Shown here piece after piece: positions 56,829 to 64,000 of a stretch of DNA of 64,000 bases. A program made the position numbers and the translations under genes. The first letter of the stretch is position 1; each line of letters begins with the position of its first letter. The stretch lies in NCBI RefSeq assembly GCF_044324875.1, contig NZ_CP172185.1. The stretch is one strand, 5' to 3'. This stretch comes from Escherichia coli. Lineage in GTDB: Bacteria > Pseudomonadota > Gammaproteobacteria > Enterobacterales > Enterobacteriaceae. The notes beneath the pieces were generated by a model. It saw nothing but the letters and a program-made list of their open reading frames with translations. It did no database searches and was not told the origin of the DNA.

Positions 56829-57983
56829 TTATTTATTTTGTGGATTGATGTGTTTAATAAGAATGCGTCCATAAGTACGTTTGCCGTTAATAACTGTACA
56901 CCCACCCCTATCTTCAGAATGTTGAGAATAATTTAAAATCTCCAGTATCTCTTCGGGAGTTGATGCTCGTGTATTACCACTTGCTTGCCAAATAATTTCA
57001 AACTGTTCAGGACAATATTTATCCAAAAAGCTAATTGGCACGCCCATAACTCCTGCATAATCGCTAGGAATACCGTTAGTTCTGGGCACTTCAATAGCAT
57101 CATAATTGTCATATGCCTGATAAGCGTTAGGGTCATTGATAATTTGTTTGTTGTATTTTAAATTATCCGCCATAGACATTAGCTGTAAAGATTGATGCCG
57201 TCTGCCGTGTTCAATATTGGTAAACCAACAAGAGTTACCCAAACGAGTATAATCACCTATATATCCTAGACGCTCCGCTTTTTTCTTATCAGCTTCCCTC
57301 ACATCAGCACCTTGTGGTACAGCAAAAACCATATCATTACCATTCCCAGTAGCACCCAACCAAATTTTATTTCCTTTGATAAGTGGAAAAATCTCTTTAT
57401 AAGTAATAGCATTCATATTACCGATAACGGCAAACTGCTTTTTACCTTCCATAATCCATGCCATAAATTCGCGAAACAGCGAAAAAGGCGGATTGGTGAT
57501 AATTATGTCGCTTTCATCGCGTAGAGCTTTGATTTCATCACTACGAAAATCGCCATCACCCTGCAGGTATTGCCATTTAATATCTTTAAAATCAATTACA
57601 CCATCGTGATTACTGTCTTCGGTTAGCGTGTAAATTTTGCCATGTTTCTGGCTTTTATCACTGTCGTATTGTTCACTTTCGCTTTCAAATAATGATGGCT
57701 GATAAGCTGTGTTTAACTGTTTGGATTGATGAGCGTAGCTGGTACTGATGAGCTTCTTTAATCCAAGTCGTTCAAAGTTTTGTGCAAAATAAAGTGTGAA
57801 ATTGCTCCACTCGGGGTCATCACATGGTAAGAGAATGGTTTTGCCACGAAATACGTCTTTATTGAAATCAAGATAGGCATTCATCTCTTTTTCAATATCA
57901 TGGTATTGGGTGTAAAATTCGTCATTTTTGGCTTTTTTTGCAGCAGAAAGATTACTGTTTTTGGCAGAAATATTCTTTGACAT
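56829..57983 (-). CDS. N6-adenine DNA methyltransferase, EcoRI-methylase-like family
   Basis: NDEFYTQ N-terminus, ILLPCDD, catalytic IIITNPPFSLF. GGAGG RBS. Confidence 0.75.
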   Translation of the reverse strand: MSKNISAKNSNLSAAKKAKNDEFYTQYHDIEKEMNAYLDFNKDVFRGKTILLPCDDPEWSNFTLYFAQNFERLGLKKLISTSYAHQSKQLNTAYQPSLFESESEQYDSDKSQKHGKIYTLTEDSNHDGVIDFKDIKWQYLQGDGDFRSDEIKALRDESDIIITNPPFSLFREFMAWIMEGKKQFAVIGNMNAITYKEIFPLIKGNKIWLGATGNGNDMVFAVPQGADVREADKKKAERLGYIGDYTRLGNSCWFTNIEHGRRHQSLQLMSMADNLKYNKQIINDPNAYQAYDNYDAIEVPRTNGIPSDYAGVMGVPISFLDKYCPEQFEIIWQASGNTRASTPEEILEILNYSQHSEDRGGCTVINGKRTYGRILIKHINPQNK

Positions 57984-58033
57984 TTCAAACCTCCAAAACA
58001 GTATTGAAGGTTTGAAAAAACGGGGTTACATTA

Positions 58034-58152
58034 TGCTTGTTGCTTGTTGCTTGTTGCTTGTTGCTTGTTGCTTGTTGCTTGTTGCTTGTTGCTTGTTGCT
58101 TGTTGCTTGTTGCTTGTTGCTTGTTGCTTGTTGCTTGTTGCTTGTTGCTTGT
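58034..58152. repeat. Perfect heptanucleotide microsatellite (TGCTTGT)x17
   Basis: 119 bp = 17 x 7, no interruptions. Lies 51 bp upstream of the methyltransferase ATG and 60 bp downstream of the ccdB-like stop (both genes on the minus strand). Confidence 0.98.
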
Positions 58153-58211
58153 ATTAGCATTGGATTTTCCCTTTTACTTGTCAAGTATTTTCTTTTGGAT
58201 TCTGAAGTTTT

Positions 58212-58538
58212 TCACGTATTCGTAACGATGGCATCAAGTGCAGCGATAATTTCATTTCTGGATGAAGAAATATTACATATAAAATCTTTGCTGTTTATTT
58301 TTTTTGCATCCAGGAACGTGAGCGCCGGGGTGAACACATAGAAATCCGATGTCTCTATTTTAACTAATGGCGTTATCCTTTTCTTTTTAAGCTCAATATC
58401 ATTTTTTGATACCAGAGGCACGACTATCCTTGTGGTTAAATCGTCAAAATAATCATTCTGGAGAATAAGGTAGAACGGCCAGAGTTTATTCGTTCTGACC
58501 GATGGATTGCGGTATACATCAAATTGCTTTGGCATCAC
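58212..58538 (-). CDS. ccdB: CcdB-family toxin
   Basis: FDVYRN...PFYLILQNDYFDDLTTRIVVPL resembles the CcdB N-terminal pattern. The start overlaps the antitoxin stop. Confidence 0.6.
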   Translation of the reverse strand: MMPKQFDVYRNPSVRTNKLWPFYLILQNDYFDDLTTRIVVPLVSKNDIELKKKRITPLVKIETSDFYVFTPALTFLDAKKINSKDFICNISSSRNEIIAALDAIVTNT

Positions 58539-58783
58539 AGACTCCCAAAGAAATCGTCATCCGTCAACATTCCTGCTTTTGCCATAAATTTATTCATAGT
58601 GTGCATATCCTGTTTTTCTTCTTCCCGCTCTACAGTTTTGGCCTCGATAGCCTGTGCCAGAAGGTTATCCAGTGTTGCCGACAGGTTCATGTCCATACTC
58701 CGGGCTTTATCAACCAGTGAGGCCGTCAGGTAAACGTTGGTGCTTCTTTTGTTGCTGTTACGAGTGGTGGCAACTGTATTCAT
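58535..58783 (-). CDS. ccdA: CcdA-family antitoxin
   Basis: AGGAG 9 nt upstream of ATG 58783 (MNTVATTRNSNKRSTNVYLTASLVDKARSMDMNLSATLDNLL...). The longer track ORF to 58879 runs into the ykgM-derived repeat and is rejected. Confidence 0.6.
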   Translation of the reverse strand: MNTVATTRNSNKRSTNVYLTASLVDKARSMDMNLSATLDNLLAQAIEAKTVEREEEKQDMHTMNKFMAKAGMLTDDDFFGSL

Positions 58784-58863
58784 TATGCTTGCTCCTGTGC
58801 GCAGATGTATGCGCATAATTATGATGGGGGAAGGATAAACAATCAAGTGTGATCCTTCCGTTA

Positions 58864-58975
58864 GAAGGTAATGTGGCATGCTTTAACCAGCGTTTCGGGT
58901 GTTTTGTTGACACCAAAAAAGGTGCCTGATCAGAAATCGATCACAGGCGCTATTGATATGCAAAAGTATTGCTTG
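58864..58975 (+). repeat. Direct repeat 2 (displaced ykgM 3' fragment encoding [21 protein letters not shown])
   Basis: Aligns with 55469-55580. Confidence 0.9.
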
Positions 58976-59189
58976 AGTGTCTGAGGTCGGTTATTTTATG
59001 TTTCACAAGTAAAGAAGCATTTAAAAAGAAACTCACAGTCCATATTCCTTCATCCCCGGTTACGGGGATTTTTTTTAGCTGCTGTCTGGTGAGGAGGAAA
59101 GGGGCTGTGTCGGGCAGGGCGCTGTAAGGCTGCGATTGTCCGGGTGATGTCTGAACATGCGGTATGTTTGTGTTAAACAAGGGGGGAGT

Positions 59190-59378
59190 ATGTGGATACT
59201 GATTTTCTGGCTTTCAACACCATATTCAGTGTCATCCAGCGTTGCCAGACAACCAACGCTTGCTGTTCATTCTCAGGAGTTCGCCAGCGAAAGGGCCTGC
59301 AGGAATGCGCTGGCTGAGATGAAGAAGGTGAATGTCGGAGAACTGACCCTGAGGGGTATCTGTGTCTCAAAAGAATAG
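59190..59378 (+). CDS. Small protein with a hydrophobic N-terminus
   Basis: GGGGGGAG upstream of ATG 59190. 62 aa. Confidence 0.35.
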   Translation: MWILIFWLSTPYSVSSSVARQPTLAVHSQEFASERACRNALAEMKKVNVGELTLRGICVSKE

Positions 59379-59430
59379 TGGGGGAGAGGGAGCGAACCAG
59401 GCAGTTTTATCAGGAATGTGATTCCGGCGA

Positions 59431-59490
59431 ACCCGCTCGCCGCAGTCCGGCGACCGAACGTCAGTGAGTAAGCGGACGAGGAAGCGGAAT
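59431..59490. other. Sequence resembling the ColE1/pBR322 region that holds a PriA-type primosome assembly site
   Basis: CCCGCTCGCCGCAGTCCGGCGACCGAACGTCAGTGAGTAAGCGGACGAGGAAGCGGAATG compared with the remembered pUC/pBR322 ACCGCTCGCCGCAGCCGAACGACCGAGCGCAGCGAGTCAGTGAGCGAGGAAGCGGAAGAG. Confidence 0.3.
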
Positions 59491-59709
59491 GTCACCGTTC
59501 TTTCATAATGCACGAACGCTGTGTGGTTACATGGGGAAAGGATGAATGTCACCATTCTGTATCTGTTTCTGAAAAACAGTTCCGCTTGTTACCCTGTAAT
59601 TGCCGACTGGCGTTAGCATACAGAGGCGGTATTATCCCCTGTGATATCAGGGGTTATTTTGTTTTGCTCTGTAAGACCTGGCCAGCTATTATGCTGGCCT
59701 TTTTGTGGT

Positions 59710-59868
59710 TTATTGTTCGCAGTCCAGCATTGCAAATAATTTTCGTTTCTGTTCCTTCACATACTCAACATCAACAGTACAATCCAGATAACTTAACTCA
59801 TCTTCTGTCCAGGCATTGATGGATTCTTTTATTCGGTGTGTCACATCAGGTGTGAGTATGTCGCGCAT
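59710..59868 (-). CDS. Possible 52-aa ORF overlapping the end of the upstream 61-aa ORF
   Basis: MRDILTPDVTHRIKESINAWTEDELSYLDCTVDVEYVKEQKRKLFAMLDCEQ. Below the track cutoff. 28-nt overlap with 59841-60026. Confidence 0.3.
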   Translation of the reverse strand: MRDILTPDVTHRIKESINAWTEDELSYLDCTVDVEYVKEQKRKLFAMLDCEQ

Positions 59869-60026
59869 TTCTCAATGGTATCCCGGCTTATTTCTCCTCG
59901 TGGAGATTCAAGCAGAGGAATTACGGCCTGATCTCCCGGAGGGAGTATAAGACGTAATTCATATTTAAGCGTTTCGTTGAGTAAACTACAGAAAGCACTG
60001 TATTTCTCTTTCCGGGTACTGTTCAT
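59841..60026 (-). CDS. Small hypothetical protein (61 aa)
   Basis: ORF track entry. First gene of a possible two-gene pair. Confidence 0.35.
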   Translation of the reverse strand: MNSTRKEKYSAFCSLLNETLKYELRLILPPGDQAVIPLLESPRGEISRDTIEKCATYSHLM

Positions 60027-60121
60027 CGTTTTATTCCTTCTAATTACTGTGCATGGGGTAAGATTAAAGTGTTTTGCAAAAAATGTACAAGTTGTTTTTA
60101 TCCTGATTTAATTTGATGTCA

Positions 60122-60775
60122 TCACTTTTCTTTTGTGTCAGTGGGTACTGCATTGTTTATTAGCCACGGCAATTGTTGATTATCCTGTATTTTTCGGATG
60201 TAGTTATCAATAATATCTTTTGTTTCATCAATATTATTATAAAAAGATTCAAGTGTGCATATAAAATCATCATTTAATGTAGGTAGCAGGATTATGTTTT
60301 TTACTGTGAACCGGATATGACGATTACTCAGTGTTTTTAAATAAAGTTTCTTTCCAATAACAGGATTTACATTGAAAATATTGTAACAGATTTCCACTGT
60401 GTTTTCTGAAGGTGCGTATAATACGTATACCGGATATTTTTTATGAAGTTTTATCAAGCAACTTATAAAATCTAAGTAATTTGTTTGTTTTGCTTTTTCT
60501 CGCATCTTATTTACGTGCTGCGAAAAGAAATATGCTTTTGTAAATATAAAAAGAAAAATAAACGCAGTGTTTAACAGAAATGTGATGACAATTGTTGTAA
60601 ATAACCATTTGCCTGAACCTGTATTAAAAATATGGGATGAAAGATACCCACCTGTCAGCAACAAAAATATAAATAATAATGACTGCATTTTTTCCTGGTT
60701 GTTTATTGATGATTTCAGACACAGAAATATAACAACACATGAAAAGGTCCAGAAAAATATAACAGCAAAATCCAT
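60122..60775 (-). CDS. Membrane protein (4 TM helices) with a soluble C-terminal domain, unknown function
   Basis: AAGGTG 6 nt upstream of ATG 60775. Very low GC. Confidence 0.55.
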   Translation of the reverse strand: MDFAVIFFWTFSCVVIFLCLKSSINNQEKMQSLLFIFLLLTGGYLSSHIFNTGSGKWLFTTIVITFLLNTAFIFLFIFTKAYFFSQHVNKMREKAKQTNYLDFISCLIKLHKKYPVYVLYAPSENTVEICYNIFNVNPVIGKKLYLKTLSNRHIRFTVKNIILLPTLNDDFICTLESFYNNIDETKDIIDNYIRKIQDNQQLPWLINNAVPTDTKEK

Positions 60776-60940
60776 ATTATCACCTTTTGTCTGACAGTTC
60801 ATTTGTTGATGCTATCACGATATTCGCGATGCGGTAAATATATCAATATGTTGGTTTATTTGTGTAATACATTATTTCCCATACGCCATAAATCAGTCTG
60901 TTGACGATAGCTTTTTTCTTTTGTTATTCTGTACCCGCTT

Positions 60941-61190
60941 TAACTGTCGCTTCGGCGACCACCAATGTTCCATGAGGCCTGTGAGGAACGCCTTCGGGTG
61001 GCCCACGTCGCTCCGGCGACCACCAATGCTCCATCTGACCTGTGAGGAGCGCCTTCGGGTGGTCAGTTTTACACCTCCGTAGCCTGAAAGGAGCTGTGCG
61101 TGCTGATGGGATATGTTCCCGGAAGTACGGGTAAATCTGCACACCTTTGCGAGCAGATGTCACCACGGTTTACGTGATGATGAAGGCATT
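60941..61190 (+). ncRNA. STAXI-like tandem-pseudoknot element, copy 2 (two units plus tail)
   Basis: Near-identical to 26921-27240 minus one unit. Same orientation. Confidence 0.55.
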
Positions 61191-61921
61191 CCGGATTTCG
61201 TCCGGTACTTTTACTTTTTCTCAGCAGACTTTCATAAAAATGCTTTATGGATCTGCTTCTTAAGATGTTTTCTGGCTTTCCGCATAAGCTTCTTATGACT
61301 GTGCGCACGGCATAAGGCCATTTGAAATTTGGCCGCTTGCGTGTGTACGTGGATTTTGAAGCCTTGCGGCGTCACTTGAGTGCGACCGTAGGGAACACCA
61401 AGTGACGCCACAACAATCTGCCCTGAAAGCAGCATCACGTAAGGCCAGCCAGAAAATCGTCGCTCGTGACCAGCGTTCTGATGACCGTTTCGTCTGTCTG
61501 ACAGCGTCTTTCAGTAACGTGTCCATGCCTTTCCGGCGCGTCCGTTTTCACGGACGGCCACGCCGGAATGTCTTTTTAAACTTCATAATACATGAGAGGT
61601 AAGTGTATTAACTTGTTGAAAAAAGGAATAAATATGAAAAATCGTTCTGAAGTCGGAAGGCGTCATCGTAAGATGACGGGGAGTAAAAAATCGCCCTGGT
61701 GCACAGGTAGCGAACTCCTGTAAAAACTCAACATGTGCAAGCTCTGCTACATCGACATCAAACGAGCCAGGAAGGCGAGCAACCGCGTTACAGAGCCGTC
61801 CGTGATGACGAAAAACTAACAATATCAACGATCTGGTCTGTTTATCGGAAGGGCATCTCATGCAGTTGAACTTTCAGAACGGATGGTTTTCTGCATCTTT
61901 TTTAACAGGGGGATTGACGTT

Positions 61922-62839
61922 ATGTCCCGTAAATCGTCACGTTCCAAAGTTGAAGTCTTTCGCAAGTCATTCATCTCACTTGCCCGTGATTGTGGTGGCA
62001 GCTACGCAACAACCGCTGACAGAATGCGAATTGCCAGATACTTTTTGAATTATTTGCAAGTAAACGGTATCAAACTTCGTCAGACGGGCAGTATTAAGAC
62101 GAGGCATATTTCTGGTTATCTTCTCAGCAGGAAAGAGCAGGGGATCTCTCACCGCACAATTCAGAATGAACGGGCAGTTATGCGCGCAATTCTAGAGAAA
62201 GATGGTCGCCTTAAAATAGCGGATCCGTCCAATCCTTTATTGAGCAATGAAGCTCTTGGACTCAGGGATACATGCCGTGATGGTAAAAAGATACCACTCT
62301 CACAGGATGAGTTTAATAAAGCCTTCAGTAAGGTTGAAAAAAATAATCCCGGTGTTGCTGCAGTAATGCAAATTTCTTATGTTCTTGGACTGAGGACAAA
62401 AGAAGCTGTTCAGTCTTGTAAATCAGTTAACTCGTGGCTACGTGAACTTGATTCAGGGCATGATTCTCTTCTCGTTGTTTTTGGGACGAAAGGTGGAAGG
62501 CCCAGAGATACAACGATCATTAATCGTGATGCAGTGAAACATGCGCTCATTTATGCAAAAAACATTATGGATAAACAGAATGGTAAACTTATCGATTGCC
62601 CCAATATTAAACAGGCTATAAACGTATATCGTTACCATGTAAGAAAAGCTGGTTTATCTGGAGTGAAGGCACCACATAGTATGCGTTATCATTTTTCGCA
62701 GGAAGCAAGGCAGTTTTATCGAAAAAGTGGATATGGAGATAAAGAAATTTACGCAAGGGTTTCCATGGACCTTGGTCATGGTGACGGAAGAGGGCGTTAT
62801 GTAAAACAGGTCTACTTTAAAGGCGATGATGAGAGCTGA
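61922..62839 (+). CDS. Tyrosine recombinase (plasmid/ICE integrase-domain family)
   Basis: GLRTKEA (Arg), HSMRYHF (HxxR), GRGRYVKQVY (Tyr). SAM-like N-terminal domain. Confidence 0.7.
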   Translation: MSRKSSRSKVEVFRKSFISLARDCGGSYATTADRMRIARYFLNYLQVNGIKLRQTGSIKTRHISGYLLSRKEQGISHRTIQNERAVMRAILEKDGRLKIADPSNPLLSNEALGLRDTCRDGKKIPLSQDEFNKAFSKVEKNNPGVAAVMQISYVLGLRTKEAVQSCKSVNSWLRELDSGHDSLLVVFGTKGGRPRDTTIINRDAVKHALIYAKNIMDKQNGKLIDCPNIKQAINVYRYHVRKAGLSGVKAPHSMRYHFSQEARQFYRKSGYGDKEIYARVSMDLGHGDGRGRYVKQVYFKGDDES

Positions 62840-62842
62840 TAT

Positions 62843-63583
62843 TTAAAATGAATCCGGAGGATATGTGTTTTTCGCGAACTTATTAATTTCTGTAATAAGA
62901 ATTTCTGATGCACGATTACACATGCTCTCATTAAAGTATCCTATATGGCATTCATGGATGCGGCAATTTAGTTTTCTGGATAGCCATCTGTTTGCCTCGT
63001 TACGGGATATATTTGTTTTTTGCTGATAGCTGTCAAAAAGTTTACGCACTTGTGCTCTGAGTATTCTCAAATTTTCTTTAGCTGGAGTACCTAATGGTCT
63101 CCCTGAATTTTTATGACATCCAACCCATGCATTGCATGGGCTGCAAATCCAGTAATATTTGTTTTCTGTAGTGGGTGTCGTGGAAAATGGCATAAGTGCA
63201 CCTTTTCTGAGTTGTGCCTTATTACCACAGTAAGTGCAGATTACAATTGGACGAACATCTGCAATATTCAGTGCTGCATAAGTAAGACGTTCATTTTTCA
63301 TCATGTTTCGTTTTCCACAGTCAGTGAGAATATGCTTTATTGTGTCTAATTCTTCTCGGAGTATTTTTGAACGGACGCCAGTTCGATAACGCTGTTGAAA
63401 GTAGAGCTCAATATGGCGTAGTTTTATACTATTTATTGATTTTATCTGTATATTGGATTCTTTAAGAAATGAAGCAAATCTTCTGGCTCTCCCCATATAT
63501 ACCAGTATGTCTTCTGGTGTCGGGGCGCATGCTTTAGCTATTTTGATTAGCTCATCTTTTAATTTTTTGTATTTCGATTTCAT
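62843..63583 (-). CDS. Integrase-N-terminal-like domain fused to a DUF3268-type 4-Cys zinc ribbon
   Basis: The N-terminus RARRFASFLKESNIQIKSINSIKLRHIELYF parallels RIARYFLNYLQVNGIKLRQTGSIKTRHISGYL of the neighbouring recombinase. CTYCGN...YWICSPCNAWVGCH...PLGTPA. Confidence 0.6.
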   Translation of the reverse strand: MKSKYKKLKDELIKIAKACAPTPEDILVYMGRARRFASFLKESNIQIKSINSIKLRHIELYFQQRYRTGVRSKILREELDTIKHILTDCGKRNMMKNERLTYAALNIADVRPIVICTYCGNKAQLRKGALMPFSTTPTTENKYYWICSPCNAWVGCHKNSGRPLGTPAKENLRILRAQVRKLFDSYQQKTNISRNEANRWLSRKLNCRIHECHIGYFNESMCNRASEILITEINKFAKNTYPPDSF

Positions 63584-63732
63584 CCTGATATCTCTCTTTA
63601 AGGTTCATTAAGAGTGTTACTGAGTAAAAAAATATCAAATTAAGTATTTATTGTCATTCAGTTGTAGCTTCTCAGCCGCTCCACGACAATAACAACTTGA
63701 AGTTTTATGCAGTTTGTGCTTACAATTTAAAC

Positions 63733-63990
63733 GCTAACTTGTCGCTTCGGCGACCACCAATGTTCCATGTGGCCTGTGAGGAACGCCTTCGGGTGGCCCA
63801 CGTCGCTCCGGCGACCACCAATGCTTCATCTGACCTGTGAGGAGCGCCTTCGGGTGGTCAGTTTTACACCTCCTGAGCCTGAAAGGAGCTGTGCGTGCTG
63901 AAGGGATATGTTCCCGGAAGTACGGGCAAATCTGCGCACCTTTGAGAGCAGATGTCACTGCGGTTTTCCGTGATGATGAAGGCTTTTTTA
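63733..63990 (+). ncRNA. STAXI-like tandem-pseudoknot element, copy 3 (two units plus tail)
   Basis: Near-identical to copy 1 and copy 2. Same orientation. Close to the window edge. Confidence 0.55.
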
Positions 63991-64000
63991 TCACTGTATG

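Noticed and set aside
57928-58341. ORFs of 137 aa and 62 aa containing LLVACC repeats
   Set aside because: They are translation artefacts of the heptamer microsatellite on the strand opposite to all neighbouring genes.
58784-58879. Longer 114-aa version of the ccdA-like ORF
   Set aside because: The extra 32 codons run into the ykgM-derived direct repeat and lack an RBS. The internal ATG at 58783 has AGGAG at the correct spacing.
58945-58975. Remnant of ykgO (L36 paralogue) after repeat 2
   Set aside because: ATGCAAAAGTATTGCTTGAGTGTCTGA gives only 8 codons with vague resemblance to MKVLNSLR. Too short and too diverged to support the call.

Overview
Enterobacterial (E. coli-like) accessory DNA that appears to be at least two mobile elements stacked on one att site. 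All family names come from motif recognition and memory, because no searches could be run. (i) 1-1431: the end of an IS21-family IS. Its istA ORF runs off the left edge and is absent from the supplied ORF track. (ii) 1570-12281: a low-GC island. It carries paralogues of envelope genes (DolP/YraP-like, YebF-like), a Tia/Hek-type outer-membrane protein and the dynamin-like leoC-leoB-leoA (Eleos-type) locus. It also has a YaaW-like gene, a 1.2-kb ORF-free AT-rich tract and a P4-type tyrosine integrase. (iii) 12458-12511: a 54-bp 3' fragment of tRNA-Phe, which is an att-type repeat and not a functional tRNA. (iv) 12559 to the right edge: a high-GC SPI-7/PFGI-1/ICEclc-class integrative conjugative element (ICE). 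Its maintenance region holds parA, dnaB, a parB-like gene, DUF2786/DUF2857-type genes and a mosaic of small Ea22-like genes. This is followed by an STY4528-type Rep-like gene with nine 36-bp palindrome-bearing iterons, then topB, a tandem-pseudoknot element (STAXI-like), DUF3577, ssb and an Rpn nuclease with a probable nested small ORF. Next comes a complete GI-type T4SS (pilL-like, SLT, traD, RAQPRD, VirB4/TraC-like ATPase, TraU-like, TraG_N), interrupted by a TonB-dependent receptor cassette. Low-GC cargo follows. It comprises ykgM (L31 type B), a ccdAB - (TGCTTGT)x17 - EcoRI-type methyltransferase - DUF262/HNH nuclease islet flanked by 112-bp direct repeats, and a recombinase module bracketed by two more STAXI-like copies. 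I saw no rRNA, intact tRNA or CRISPR array. The ICE relaxase and the ICE's own integrase are not in this window.
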